A DNA stretch of 64,000 nucleotides from an uncultured bacterium (lineage in GTDB: Bacteria; Planctomycetota; UBA1135; GCA-002686595). Positions 43,637 through 53,331 of the stretch are shown here, piece by piece. The notes beneath the pieces were generated by a model, which saw only the letters and a list, made by a program, of their open reading frames with translations, did no database searches and was not told the DNA's origin. The first letter of the stretch is position 1; each line of letters opens with the position of its first letter. Location: the NCBI GenBank assembly GCA_943787795.1, contig CALSNU010000004.1:64001-128000 (forward strand), read 5' to 3'. Both the position numbers and the translations under genes were made by a program.

Positions 43637-46006
43637 TCACCCCCCCGGAATCGCCAGGATCAGCTCGACCGCAGCCCCCGGGCCATGGCGCCGCGCCGCG
43701 GCCGGCCCCCTCGATGATTCGGTCGACAGCGCGGTCGACGGCGTTCCCTCTCGGGACTCGACCTCCAGCACCGCTGGTAACGGGCGACCGCTGGGATCCA
43801 GGAGCCAGGGCGCAGCGTGGGGGCACGCACCGGCCAGCTCAGCCAGCAGCTCCTGGGCGGTCCATCCCAAGGGCGGTGCGGCCAACTCCAGGCGGACCTC
43901 GTCCCCGGGGGAGGCGCCCGCTCCTGCGAGGATCACTCCGGGGTGCCCGGACAGACGCGCGCCGAGAGGCCCCCGCGCAAGCACCGTCAGCGGACCGGCG
44001 CCCGCGGGGAGGCGGTCGGTAGCCGCGTCGGGTCCCCCCTCGGCGCTCGCCTGGCGACCCTCTCCCCCGGGCGATTCGCGATGGAACAGACCGCCTTCCA
44101 CGTGCTCGTCCCGAGCCGCGAGGTATCCCTCCACCGCTGCGGGGTGACGCTCAAGGAGTCCATCAGGAATCACCCCGTCGGCCCCTTGGAGCTCCCGGTG
44201 AAGGGCCAGGTGGCGGGCTCCAGAGCGGAGGAAGACCGCCGCCGGAGTGGACCCCTCCTCGGGCGCGATGCCCAGGGCCTCGCCCAGCTCGGAGATCCCC
44301 ATGACGCCGTCGGCGAGGAGACCGGCGGCGGAGAAGGAGCAGAACCCGCTCACGTCCACCGCAGCGGCGACGCACTCGTGCCAGAAGGCAAGGGTCCCCG
44401 CGTCCCGCTCCCTGTCCCCCGACCACGGCAAGGGCGCGATCATCTCCCTCGCTCGCGCGCCGTCCAGGCCGAGGATGCTGAGGCTACGGAGCGGTTCCGG
44501 TCCGCGGACGGCGAGCGCCTGCCCGACCTCTGCGGCCAGGTCGCCGCGGGCGAAGGTGTCCCCCGCGCCTGGAAGCTGCGTACGCTCCAGAGCCGCGGCG
44601 TGGATCTCGCTGTCCGGGTCGAGGAGCCCGGCGAAGAAGACCTCTGGGGAGGCGGACGGGAAGCAGGTCATGAGCCCCGCAACGGCCCGCGCGTCCACCC
44701 CGAGGTGATTGCAGCGCTCGAGGAGCTCCAGCGGATCGCCCCGCTCCGCGAACCCCTGGAGCGCAGAGAAGCGACCGCCAACCCTTGATCCACCGCGGCC
44801 TTCGACCTCGAAGGTCCAGCCGCATGGAGTCGGACACCCAGCACAGCCGTGCTTGCGCCGGGGCGCATCCACTGCGAGGGCCGAGCCTCGGCTCGCGGCA
44901 AGCTCGAGAGTCCCCCCCGTCGCGCGGCTCAAGAGCCGAGGAGATCGCACGAGCGCGGCCTCCAAGGGGTGCCTCGGGCCAGCGCTCGGCGAGCCCGGGT
45001 CGCCCGGGTCGAGGTCCGCGGGCTCCGCAGCGTGTAGGTTCGCTGGGTCGGGGTTCGCTGGATCGGGGTTCGCTGGATCGGAGGTTGCTGGCGACGAGGC
45101 ACCAACGGGCTCCTCTCCGGCGGGCCAAGGCACCTCCTCCACCGTGAGGGCCACGACCCCCGCCGCGGCGAGGGCGGCGCCGAGCCCGCCCCGCCCGACC
45201 ACGCTGGGCGCGGCATCAGGGTCAGCGCCGTCAAAGCTCGAGAGGTTGGCGAAGGGGAGGCCGGCCTGGGCGCCCGGCCCGGTGGCGAGGGTGTGGACCC
45301 TGGCCGACGGGCCTCCCAGCCGAAGCGCACGCGCGGCGGCGCCGAGCGAGACCAGCTCAGCCGGAGCGTGTTCCACCTCGGCTTCGCCGCTGCCAAGGAC
45401 CCGAACCACGCTCGTCCCCGCGGCCCGCCCCAGCAGCACCAGCGCGTCGGCATGGGCGGCCAGCGCGCGCCCGAACGGTCCGCCAACCTGGGCCTCTGTG
45501 AGCCCCGGCCGAAGGGGAGCCCGGGCGGAGAGGGTCGCCCGTGCCGCGGTCGGGACGGCCCGCCGGACCGCGTCGCCCACCGAGACCACGAGGCTCGGCT
45601 CCGCCAGGACACTCTCCACGAGGCCAGCCCCATGCGAAGCGCTGGCAGGCGGCCCCAAGGCGTCCGTCAGACTCCGTTCGCGGGAACGGCGCGCGGCGGC
45701 GAAGAGCGCGGCCGCGAGCGCCGGTCCAGAGCTCGCCACGGCAGCTCGGAGGTCGGGGGCAGCAGAGATCGCGGCCCTGATGCCCTCGAGCCAGCTCCTG
45801 GCCCCGTCGACCGCGTCGGCCCAATCAGCCCTGTCAGCTCGGTTAGCCCGGTCAGCTCGGTTAGCCCGGTCAGCTCGGTCAGCCCGGTCAGCACCCTCAG
45901 CGGCGATCGGGCCCAACGCGACGACGAGGACCCGACGCCCGGCGAGCTCGCCCAGGAACACGGAGCCAGCCCCCTGCGGAGGCTCTGAAGGGTCGCGGAC
46001 CATCAC
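43637..46006 (-). CDS. Divergent aldehyde:ferredoxin oxidoreductase-fold protein fused to C-terminal MoaD/ThiS-like domain
   Basis: ARAPL..GLTEAQVGG.FG, TGPGAQAGLPFANL, GRGGLGA, GCAGCPTPCG, CNHLGVD, DVSGFCSF; ends ELILAIPGG*. Confidence 0.72.
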   Translation of the reverse strand: MMVRDPSEPPQGAGSVFLGELAGRRVLVVALGPIAAEGADRADRADRANRADRANRADRADWADAVDGARSWLEGIRAAISAAPDLRAAVASSGPALAAALFAAARRSRERSLTDALGPPASASHGAGLVESVLAEPSLVVSVGDAVRRAVPTAARATLSARAPLRPGLTEAQVGGPFGRALAAHADALVLLGRAAGTSVVRVLGSGEAEVEHAPAELVSLGAAARALRLGGPSARVHTLATGPGAQAGLPFANLSSFDGADPDAAPSVVGRGGLGAALAAAGVVALTVEEVPWPAGEEPVGASSPATSDPANPDPANPDPANLHAAEPADLDPGDPGSPSAGPRHPLEAALVRSPRLLSRATGGTLELAASRGSALAVDAPRRKHGCAGCPTPCGWTFEVEGRGGSRVGGRFSALQGFAERGDPLELLERCNHLGVDARAVAGLMTCFPSASPEVFFAGLLDPDSEIHAAALERTQLPGAGDTFARGDLAAEVGQALAVRGPEPLRSLSILGLDGARAREMIAPLPWSGDRERDAGTLAFWHECVAAAVDVSGFCSFSAAGLLADGVMGISELGEALGIAPEEGSTPAAVFLRSGARHLALHRELQGADGVIPDGLLERHPAAVEGYLAARDEHVEGGLFHRESPGGEGRQASAEGGPDAATDRLPAGAGPLTVLARGPLGARLSGHPGVILAGAGASPGDEVRLELAAPPLGWTAQELLAELAGACPHAAPWLLDPSGRPLPAVLEVESREGTPSTALSTESSRGPAAARRHGPGAAVELILAIPGG
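45038..45082. repeat. 15-bp coding tandem repeat x3 (DPANP)
   Basis: GTTCGCTGG(G/A)TCGG(G/A) x3. Confidence 0.8.
45825..45896. repeat. 9-bp coding tandem repeat, about 8 units (ADR/ANR)
   Basis: T(C/T)AGC(C/T)CGG units encoding ADRADRADRANRADRANRADRAD. Confidence 0.85.
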
Positions 46007-46134
46007 CCGGGAGAGGATACCGCCCCCACGCCGCTTCGCCGCTCCAGGGTGACAACAGGGTCCTGAGGTGGGAAAGGCCGGTCCGCTGGCCTAACCTCCC
46101 TGGACCCACCCTGGCCCGCATCCGGCCCATCGTC

Positions 46135-47124
46135 TTGTTCGAGAACCACACCATCGCGCGGATCGCCGGGATCCCCATCCGCGCCAACCTGCTCCTCGGC
46201 TATCTGCTCGCCTTCTGGGCGATCATGGGCGCGTCGCGGGGTAAGGCGGAGCTCACGCTCACCCTGATCGTCCTCTCCATGGGCCTGCTGCTGCTCCACG
46301 AGCTCGGCCACGCCCTCATGGCCCGCCGCTTCGGTCTGCAGGTGGTCGACATCGTGATCTGGCCGCTCGGCGGCATGGCCCGCATCAGCGACTTCCCCGC
46401 GGACCCCCGCACGGAGGCGTGGGTCGCGGCCGCGGGCCCCCTGGTCAACCTGACCCTCGCCACCCTCGCCGCGCCGCTGGTGCTCTTGACCGGTGGCAGC
46501 GGGGCTGCCTTTGAGTTCACCCGAGGCGGAGGCCTCGGGTTCAGCCCGGACAGCGGAGGCCTCCTCTCCCTGTTCGTGGTCATCAACCTCGCCTTCGGCC
46601 TGATCAACCTCATCCCCGCCTTCCCCATGGACGGTGGTCGGCTGCTGCGCTCCTTCCTGGGCCGCGGCAGCAGGGACTGGGTCGCCGCGACAGACCGTGC
46701 GACCCGCGTGGGGAGCGTGATCGCCTGGGTGATGATCATCTCCTTCATCGCGCGCGGCGAGTGGCTCCTGTCCCTGCTGGGGTTCTTCATCCTCTTTGCG
46801 GGCATGAAGGAGCGCTTGACGGTCCGCCTCCGCGACCAGGCCGAGCACCTTGGCGGCGGGCCCGGTCGCTTTGCCGGCTGGGAGAGCCTCCTCCGCCAGC
46901 GCGGCGGGCCCTTTCCTGGCATGGGGTTCCCCGGCGCCGAGCCACGGGCAGAGGGTCCGGGAGAAGAAAGTCGACCGGCCCAGGGCCCTGCTGGCCAAGG
47001 GCCGGCGACCGCGTCAGGCGCCGAGGGCAGCCCGGGCCCCGGGTTCTCCGAGGACGACGTCCGCCGCCTGGAGTCCTTCCGCGGCCGATTGCCGCGCAAG
47101 CCCGGGGTCAACGACCCGGACTGA
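46135..47124 (+). CDS. Site-2 protease (M50, SpoIVFB-like)
   Basis: LLHELGH, AAAGPLVN, NLIPAFPMDGGR. Confidence 0.93.
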   Translation: MFENHTIARIAGIPIRANLLLGYLLAFWAIMGASRGKAELTLTLIVLSMGLLLLHELGHALMARRFGLQVVDIVIWPLGGMARISDFPADPRTEAWVAAAGPLVNLTLATLAAPLVLLTGGSGAAFEFTRGGGLGFSPDSGGLLSLFVVINLAFGLINLIPAFPMDGGRLLRSFLGRGSRDWVAATDRATRVGSVIAWVMIISFIARGEWLLSLLGFFILFAGMKERLTVRLRDQAEHLGGGPGRFAGWESLLRQRGGPFPGMGFPGAEPRAEGPGEESRPAQGPAGQGPATASGAEGSPGPGFSEDDVRRLESFRGRLPRKPGVNDPD

Positions 47125-47195
47125 GGCGATCCGGTCGAGCGTCAGCCGGGCCGCGATCCTAGAGTGGTCGGGTCCCCACGACCTGGACCCCGACC

Positions 47196-49178
47196 ATGAT
47201 TGCACTCGCCTCGACCCTCGCCCTCGCCGCCGCCTCGCTTCAGGCCGGCTCCCCCATCGCTGCCCAGATGGCCGCAGCCGACGCCGCGGTCGAGGCCATC
47301 CTCTCGATTCCCGCCGGGTCCCGCACGGTGGACAACACCCTCGTGGCGCTCGACGACACCGTCGCCCGCTTCTTCGAGACCGCGAGGATGCCCGGCTTCA
47401 TGGCCGATGTCTCCACGGACCCCGCGGCGCGCGAGGCAGGCCGCGAGGCGCAGAACGACCTCTCCAACTGGTTCAACCGGATGGGCAAGGATGAGCGGAT
47501 CTTCGCAGCCCTCGAGGAGCTCGAGGCCCTGTCCCCGACGTTCACGCCCGAGCAGCGTCGCTTCTTCGACGAGTCGATCCGGGACTATCGCAGGTCCGGC
47601 CTCGACCTCCCCGAGGAACAGCGCGCGCGGCTCGACCAGATCGACGAGGAGCTGAACGAGCTCGGCTCGGACTTTCGCAGAAACATCGCCGACGACGAGA
47701 CGGTCGTGCTGTTCTCGGAGGCGGAGCTCGCCGGGGTCCCCGAGTCCTTCATCGCGAGCCTCCCCCGGTCCGGGGAGCTGTGCATCGTCAACATGAAGGG
47801 CCCGAACCTCGGGTACATCCTCGGCTACTGCGAGGACCCGACGACCCGTCAGAAGATGGGCTGCGCCGCGGGCCTGCGGGGCGGGCAGCGGAACGTCCGG
47901 GTCCTCGAGAAGATCATCCGGCTGCGCCACGAGCGCGCTCAGCTTCTGGGCTACCCCACCACCGCGGCCTATGTCGTCGAGACCAAGATGGCCCTCGACC
48001 CCGAGACGGTCTTCGAGTTCTACGAGGACCTGCGCCCCAAGCTGCGGGACAAGGCCAAGCAGGACTATGCCGAGTATCAGGCAGCCAAGCGCGAGCACAC
48101 CGGAGACCCCGAGGCGGTCCTCGGGGCCAGCGACATTTCCTTCTACTCCAACTGGCTCAAGCGCGAGAAGTACGCCGTCGACACCGAGGCCCTGCGCGAC
48201 TACTTCTCGATGGCCGACGTCAAGGCCGGCATGTTTGGCGTCTATCAGGACCTGTTCGACATCACCTTCAAGGAGATCTCGGCCGCCGCCCGCGAGGAGG
48301 GCCGGCCGTTCTGGCACGAAGACGTGGAGCTGTACGCCGTCGTGGACAACCAGACCGGGGAGATGCTCGGTGAGTTCTACCTCGACCTCTTCCCCCGCGA
48401 CGGCAAGTACAGTCACGCCGCCCAGTTCCCCCTCCGCCTGCGGAAGGTCTGGCCGGACGGTTCGGTCACCTCCCCGATCGTGGCCCTGGTGTGCAACTTC
48501 ACCAAGCCCATGGCGGACCGCCCCTCGCTGCTGTCCCACGGTGAGGTCGAGACCTTCTTCCACGAGTTCGGCCACTGCCTGCACAGCATCCTCACCCGCG
48601 CCACTCTGGCGAGCTTCTCGGGGACCAACGTGGCCCGCGACTTCGTGGAGGCGCCCTCCCAGATGCTGGAGAACTGGACCTGGCAGCCCGCGGTCCTTTC
48701 ACGCTTTGCCCGCCACTACGAGACCGGTGAGCCGCTGCCCGCGGCCATCATCGACGGCATGATCGCGGCCAAGAACCTGGGCTCGGGGATCAACACCGAG
48801 GGGCAGGTCTACCTCGGGATGATGGACATGCGCTTCCACACCGACGAGGACGGCGTGGTGGACACGACCGAGGTCTGCGAGCAGACCTACCGGGACGCCC
48901 GGCTCTTCTCCCCCGCGGCGAACCTCGTCCGCCAGGCGTCCTTCGGACACCTCGTCGGCTACGAGGCTGGCTACTACGGCTACCTGTGGTCGCTGGTCTA
49001 CGCCCAGGACATGTGGAGCCGCTTCGAGGCGGCCCCCATGGACGCCGAGGTCGCCCGGGCCTATCGCCGCGCCGTGCTCGAGCCTGGCGGGACCAGGGAC
49101 GCCCTGGACATGGTCCGGGACTTCCTCGACCGCGAGCCGAACTCCGCCGCCTTCCTCAAGAGCCTCGGGCTCCAGTAG
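47196..49178 (+). CDS. M3 family metallo-oligopeptidase (thimet oligopeptidase-like), signal peptide
   Basis: YLDLFPRDGK, FFHEFGH, DFVEAPSQMLENW, FGHL..YEAGYYGYLWS. Confidence 0.95.
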   Translation: MIALASTLALAAASLQAGSPIAAQMAAADAAVEAILSIPAGSRTVDNTLVALDDTVARFFETARMPGFMADVSTDPAAREAGREAQNDLSNWFNRMGKDERIFAALEELEALSPTFTPEQRRFFDESIRDYRRSGLDLPEEQRARLDQIDEELNELGSDFRRNIADDETVVLFSEAELAGVPESFIASLPRSGELCIVNMKGPNLGYILGYCEDPTTRQKMGCAAGLRGGQRNVRVLEKIIRLRHERAQLLGYPTTAAYVVETKMALDPETVFEFYEDLRPKLRDKAKQDYAEYQAAKREHTGDPEAVLGASDISFYSNWLKREKYAVDTEALRDYFSMADVKAGMFGVYQDLFDITFKEISAAAREEGRPFWHEDVELYAVVDNQTGEMLGEFYLDLFPRDGKYSHAAQFPLRLRKVWPDGSVTSPIVALVCNFTKPMADRPSLLSHGEVETFFHEFGHCLHSILTRATLASFSGTNVARDFVEAPSQMLENWTWQPAVLSRFARHYETGEPLPAAIIDGMIAAKNLGSGINTEGQVYLGMMDMRFHTDEDGVVDTTEVCEQTYRDARLFSPAANLVRQASFGHLVGYEAGYYGYLWSLVYAQDMWSRFEAAPMDAEVARAYRRAVLEPGGTRDALDMVRDFLDREPNSAAFLKSLGLQ

Positions 49179-49207
49179 ACGCTGCGGCCAGCGAGGGGGC
49201 GCTGGGT

Positions 49208-50791
49208 TCAGTCCAGCAGGTAGGGGCTCACGAGGTTGCGCGTCAGCGCGATGCCACCGGGGATCCGGAAGGCTCCCTGGAGGTGCATCTGCGTCCCTCT
49301 CAGGGCGCTGGACCCCGGGATCGGCAGCGTGAGGTCCATGCGGCCGTCCGCGTCGGGCAGGCCAACGTGGAACTGGAGCCCGCTGCGGCGCAGGAGCAGC
49401 GGCCCGTCCACCCCCGGGAACTGCGCTGGCAGCTCGGCTCGCGGCCCGATGAGGAACCAGCCGATGGTCGCGCCGGGCCTGCGGGCCGTCGCCCGGAGCT
49501 CTCCCCCGAGGCGAGGGGTCTCGAGGAGCTGAAGCTGTCGCTCGCCGCTATCGACCAGGCGCACGTCGCCGCGCGCGCTGGCGACCGACGCGTGGACATC
49601 CTTGGCTGCGAGGACGAGGCGCGTTCCCGTGGCGTCGAGGGCCAGGTCGCGTACGCTGCCCGCGGTGTCGATCCGCAGGACCGGTCCGAAGGCGCCCATC
49701 TCCAGCAGGAAGACCTCGGGGTCCGAGCCGTTGCCCCAGGTGCCGAACGCCGCGCGGCGGTCGTCCGAGGAGAACTCGACGGCGCTGACGAGGTTCTGCG
49801 TCGCGCCAGGGAGCCCGGGCAGGTCGTGGCTCGCCATCTGGAACTGAAAGAGCAGGTCGAAGATCTCGAGCCGCGCGGACCGACCCGTGGTGTAGTCCCA
49901 CCAGCCGATGGCCGCCAGGGTCCCGTCACGGGAGAGGTCCAGGCGCGTGGGCAGCTCGGCTGCACCGCCGGCGACGCTGCCTGTGGGCAGGTAACCGAGC
50001 CCGGGGAACTCCGTCAGCAGGCGCACCGCGCCGAATTCACCGTAGGCCACGGTGCCGCCGTCCATGGACACCCCGACCGCCTGGGTGGCGAGGGTGAGGG
50101 GCTGGGCGTGAACGGTCCGGGCCGCGGCGTCGAGGACGAACAGGTTCATCCCGGCAGAGACCACCACCCGCTCACCGTCCGCAGACATTGAGAGCGCACT
50201 GAGCCCCACGGCGGGCAGATCGGTCCGCCCGAGCAGGGTGCCCGTGGTCCCGTCGAGGATGTCCACCCGGACCTCCGCCGTGGCATCGTTGAAGGCCGCT
50301 GCGACCACGAGCTCTCCGTCAGCGTCGGTCACCAACTTGGCCGCGCTGTTGATCTGGATTCCGAGGTCATGGGTCCACACGTCCCTCAGAAGCGCCCCGG
50401 CTGAGGCCGGTAGAGGGTCGAAGCCCGAGACCAGCGGGGTCCGACGGAAGAGCGAGGGGATCGAGATCTGACGCAGGGCGAACACGCGATCAGCCCGTGA
50501 TCCCGCCGCGATCTCGGGGGCCCGGAACTGGTCCGCGAGGGGCGGCACCACGCCGCGGATCGCGCCCGCGCCGTCGGCGACCGTGTCGAGGAGCAACAGG
50601 GAGTTCTGCGTCCCCCGTACGGAGCACCAGACGAAGGCCTCGTCACCCGCGAAGGCCACCTGCTCCGGGGCCCAATCTGCGCCGGAGGGGGCAGCGAGCC
50701 ACCGCTCGGAGGGCGTGAAGGGATTCTGAGCCGTGGCGAGGGCCGGGAGAGCGGCCGCCACGAGGAGAGGAGCGAGGTGGAGTCGGGACAT
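49208..50791 (-). CDS. Exported beta-propeller (WD40/YVTN-like) protein with C-terminal beta domain
   Basis: Signal peptide; repeats MSADGERVVV, VSMDGGTVAYG, LSRDGTLAAIG, FSSDDRRAAFG, LDATGTRLVLA. Confidence 0.75.
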   Translation of the reverse strand: MSRLHLAPLLVAAALPALATAQNPFTPSERWLAAPSGADWAPEQVAFAGDEAFVWCSVRGTQNSLLLLDTVADGAGAIRGVVPPLADQFRAPEIAAGSRADRVFALRQISIPSLFRRTPLVSGFDPLPASAGALLRDVWTHDLGIQINSAAKLVTDADGELVVAAAFNDATAEVRVDILDGTTGTLLGRTDLPAVGLSALSMSADGERVVVSAGMNLFVLDAAARTVHAQPLTLATQAVGVSMDGGTVAYGEFGAVRLLTEFPGLGYLPTGSVAGGAAELPTRLDLSRDGTLAAIGWWDYTTGRSARLEIFDLLFQFQMASHDLPGLPGATQNLVSAVEFSSDDRRAAFGTWGNGSDPEVFLLEMGAFGPVLRIDTAGSVRDLALDATGTRLVLAAKDVHASVASARGDVRLVDSGERQLQLLETPRLGGELRATARRPGATIGWFLIGPRAELPAQFPGVDGPLLLRRSGLQFHVGLPDADGRMDLTLPIPGSSALRGTQMHLQGAFRIPGGIALTRNLVSPYLLD

Positions 50792-51013
50792 GTGCGGTTC
50801 TTCGAGTAGGAATGAGACCGCCCCCAGCGGCCTCCAATCGAAAACTACCCCGCTGCGGGGCTGGCGGCGGCCACCACGGTTCCCCGCGCGCTGCGCGTGT
50901 TGCCGGGCAGAGACCCCTGCCCAGGGCGTCCCGAATCCCTACACTCTCTGGCCGCCCATCCGGGCGAGCGGCCCCATTCGGGACGCGATGACCCCGCGAA
51001 GAGCACCCAGACC

Positions 51014-52129
51014 ATGACCGACGCCGATCTGAAACAAACCGACCTGCACGAGGTCCACGTCTCGAGCGGCGCCAAGATGGTCCCCTTCGGCGGCTGGAGC
51101 ATGCCGGTGCAGTACGCCTCGATCCTCGACGAGGCACGGCGGGTGCGCGAGCACGTCGGGCTCTTCGACCTCGGCCACATGGGTCGACTTGAGGTCACCG
51201 GCCCGGACGCCACGCGCTTCCTCGACTCGGTGGTCACCAGCTTCGTGGGCAAGATCCCCGTCGGCGCAATCCGCTACGGGCTGGTCTGCGCCGAGGACGG
51301 CGGGCCGCTCGACGACCTCCTGCTCTACAAGTCGAGCGACGAGAACATCTTCGTGGTCGCCAACGCCTCCAACTGCGCGACGGTCCTCGCCTGGCTGCAC
51401 GACCACGTCGGGTCCCATGACGTGACGATCACCGACCGCTCGGACGAGCTCGCGATGCTCGCGCTCCAGGGACCGAAGTCGCAGGACGCGCTGCAGCCCC
51501 TTGTGGAGGGCAAGGACCTGGGCGAGGTCGGCTACTACAAGTTCACCTTCGCCACGGTCTGCGGGATCCCGGACGTCCGCATCAGCCGCACGGGGTACAC
51601 GGGTGAGGACGGCTTCGAGCTCTACTTCCCGAGCGCCGAGTCGGTGCGGGTCTGGAACGCGCTGATCGAGGCTGGCGCCGCGCACGGCCTGGCCCCCATC
51701 GGGCTGGGCGCCCGCGACACCCTGCGCCTCGAGGCGGGCATGCCCCTCTACGGCCACGAGATCGACCGGGAGCACAACCCCGTCGAGGCCGGCCTGAACT
51801 TCGGCATCTCCTTCAAGGAAGAGAAGGGCGACTGGATCGGCCGCGCCGCGCTCGCCGCGGTCAAGGAGTCGCCCAAGCGAAAGCTCGTGGGTATCACGAC
51901 CGAGGGCAAGCGCGTCCCCCGCGAGGGCTACCTGCTCTTTGACGGCGATCGCGAGGTCGGGCACATCTGCTCCGGCGCGGTCTCCCCCACGATCAACACC
52001 AACATCGGCTCGGCCTACCTCCCCGTGGAGCTCGCCGTCGCCGGTCAGACCATCGATATGGACATCCGCGGAAAGCGCCAGCAGTGCGTCGTCTGCGACC
52101 TCCCCTTCTACTCACGAACCCGCAAGTGA
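51014..52129 (+). CDS. gcvT: Glycine cleavage system aminomethyltransferase T
   Basis: MVPFGGWSMPVQY, GLFDLGHMG, RTGYTGEDGFE, GLGARDTLRLEAG. Confidence 0.97.
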   Translation: MTDADLKQTDLHEVHVSSGAKMVPFGGWSMPVQYASILDEARRVREHVGLFDLGHMGRLEVTGPDATRFLDSVVTSFVGKIPVGAIRYGLVCAEDGGPLDDLLLYKSSDENIFVVANASNCATVLAWLHDHVGSHDVTITDRSDELAMLALQGPKSQDALQPLVEGKDLGEVGYYKFTFATVCGIPDVRISRTGYTGEDGFELYFPSAESVRVWNALIEAGAAHGLAPIGLGARDTLRLEAGMPLYGHEIDREHNPVEAGLNFGISFKEEKGDWIGRAALAAVKESPKRKLVGITTEGKRVPREGYLLFDGDREVGHICSGAVSPTINTNIGSAYLPVELAVAGQTIDMDIRGKRQQCVVCDLPFYSRTRK

Positions 52130-52131
52130 CC

Positions 52132-52527
52132 ATGCGCCCTGACGACCGCAAGTACCTCGACTCCCATGAATGGGCCAAGCTCGAGGGCGACCTCATCGTT
52201 GTCGGCATCACCGACTTCGCCGTGGAAGAGCTCTCCAACGGCAACGAGGGAGACCTCGTGTACTGTGACCTCCCCGACGTCGGCCGCGAGGTCGACCAGG
52301 GCGAGACCTTCGGCGAGATCGAGTCCGTCAAGGCCGTCTCCGACCTCAACGCCCCAGTCGGCGGTGAGATCGTCGAGGTCAACGCGGACATGATGGAGCA
52401 CCTCGAGACCCTCGCCGAGGATCCCTGGAAGAAGGGCTGGCTGATCAAGATCAAGCCGACCGACCCCAGCATGGATCACCTCCTCGGCGCCGAGGCGTAC
52501 GAGCAGCAGATCACCGCCGACCACTGA
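52132..52527 (+). CDS. gcvH: Glycine cleavage system H protein
   Basis: YLDSHEW, VGITDFA, IESVKAVSDL (lipoyl-Lys), GWLIKIK. Confidence 0.97.
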   Translation: MRPDDRKYLDSHEWAKLEGDLIVVGITDFAVEELSNGNEGDLVYCDLPDVGREVDQGETFGEIESVKAVSDLNAPVGGEIVEVNADMMEHLETLAEDPWKKGWLIKIKPTDPSMDHLLGAEAYEQQITADH

Positions 52528-52550
52528 TCCCCCGACGGGGATCCGTCTCC

Positions 52551-53315
52551 TTGGCGGTCTGGAACCTGATCGAGACCTGGGACGCCAGCCCCGGGTTCGC
52601 CATGGGCCTCGACGAGGCCCTGCTCCGGAGCGTCGGCCGCCCGCCGACGCTCCGGCTGTATTCGTGGGCGCCGGACGCGCTCTCCCTCGGGTACTTCCAG
52701 CGCTTCGGGGACGTACCAGCGGCGGCCGCTCACCCGCACGTGGTCCGGCGCCTGACGGGCGGCGGCGCGATCCACCACCACCCCCGGGAGCTCACCTTCT
52801 CCGTCACCCTCGACGCCGATGACCCCGCCTACCGGGGCTCCGTGCCGGACTCCTACGAGCGGGCGCACGAGGCCGTGATCCGCGCCCTCTCGGCGCTGGG
52901 CGTCTCCGAGGTGCGGATGCGCCGCGCGGAGGCGGTGGGCTCCGACCTCCGGGACACCGGCATGTGCTTCCACGAGTCCACGCCCCAGGACATCTGCTGG
53001 CGCGGCGCCGCGGGGCCGCTCGCCAAGGGGGTCGGGACGGCCCAGCGCCGGACCGCCGGTCGAATCCTCCACCACGGGTCGATCAAGCTCGGCCCTTCCC
53101 CCCTCGAGCCCGAGGTCGCCACCGTGGCGGACCAGGCCGCGGACGTCAGCCCCGTCGAGGCCGGCCGCGCGCTCCGCGACGGGTTCGCCCAGGAGTTCGG
53201 CGTCGACCTCGAGCCCTGTGAGCCGGGCGCCGAGCTGCGGGCAGCCGCCGAGGCGATGGCGGCCCGCTACTCGGCGCCCGAGTTCGTCCACCGGGAGACC
53301 CGGCGGCAGCGCTGA
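52551..53315 (+). CDS. Lipoate-protein ligase family, catalytic domain only (LipM-like octanoyltransferase candidate)
   Basis: MGLDEALL, PTLRLYSW, LSLGYFQ, VRRLTGGGAIHH, KGVGTAQRR, HGSI. Confidence 0.85.
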   Translation: MAVWNLIETWDASPGFAMGLDEALLRSVGRPPTLRLYSWAPDALSLGYFQRFGDVPAAAAHPHVVRRLTGGGAIHHHPRELTFSVTLDADDPAYRGSVPDSYERAHEAVIRALSALGVSEVRMRRAEAVGSDLRDTGMCFHESTPQDICWRGAAGPLAKGVGTAQRRTAGRILHHGSIKLGPSPLEPEVATVADQAADVSPVEAGRALRDGFAQEFGVDLEPCEPGAELRAAAEAMAARYSAPEFVHRETRRQR

Positions 53316-53331
53316 ACGGGCGCCCACGCCC

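Noticed and set aside
50792..51013. Glycine riboswitch upstream of gcvT
   Set aside because: Conserved aptamer core sequences not found by eye
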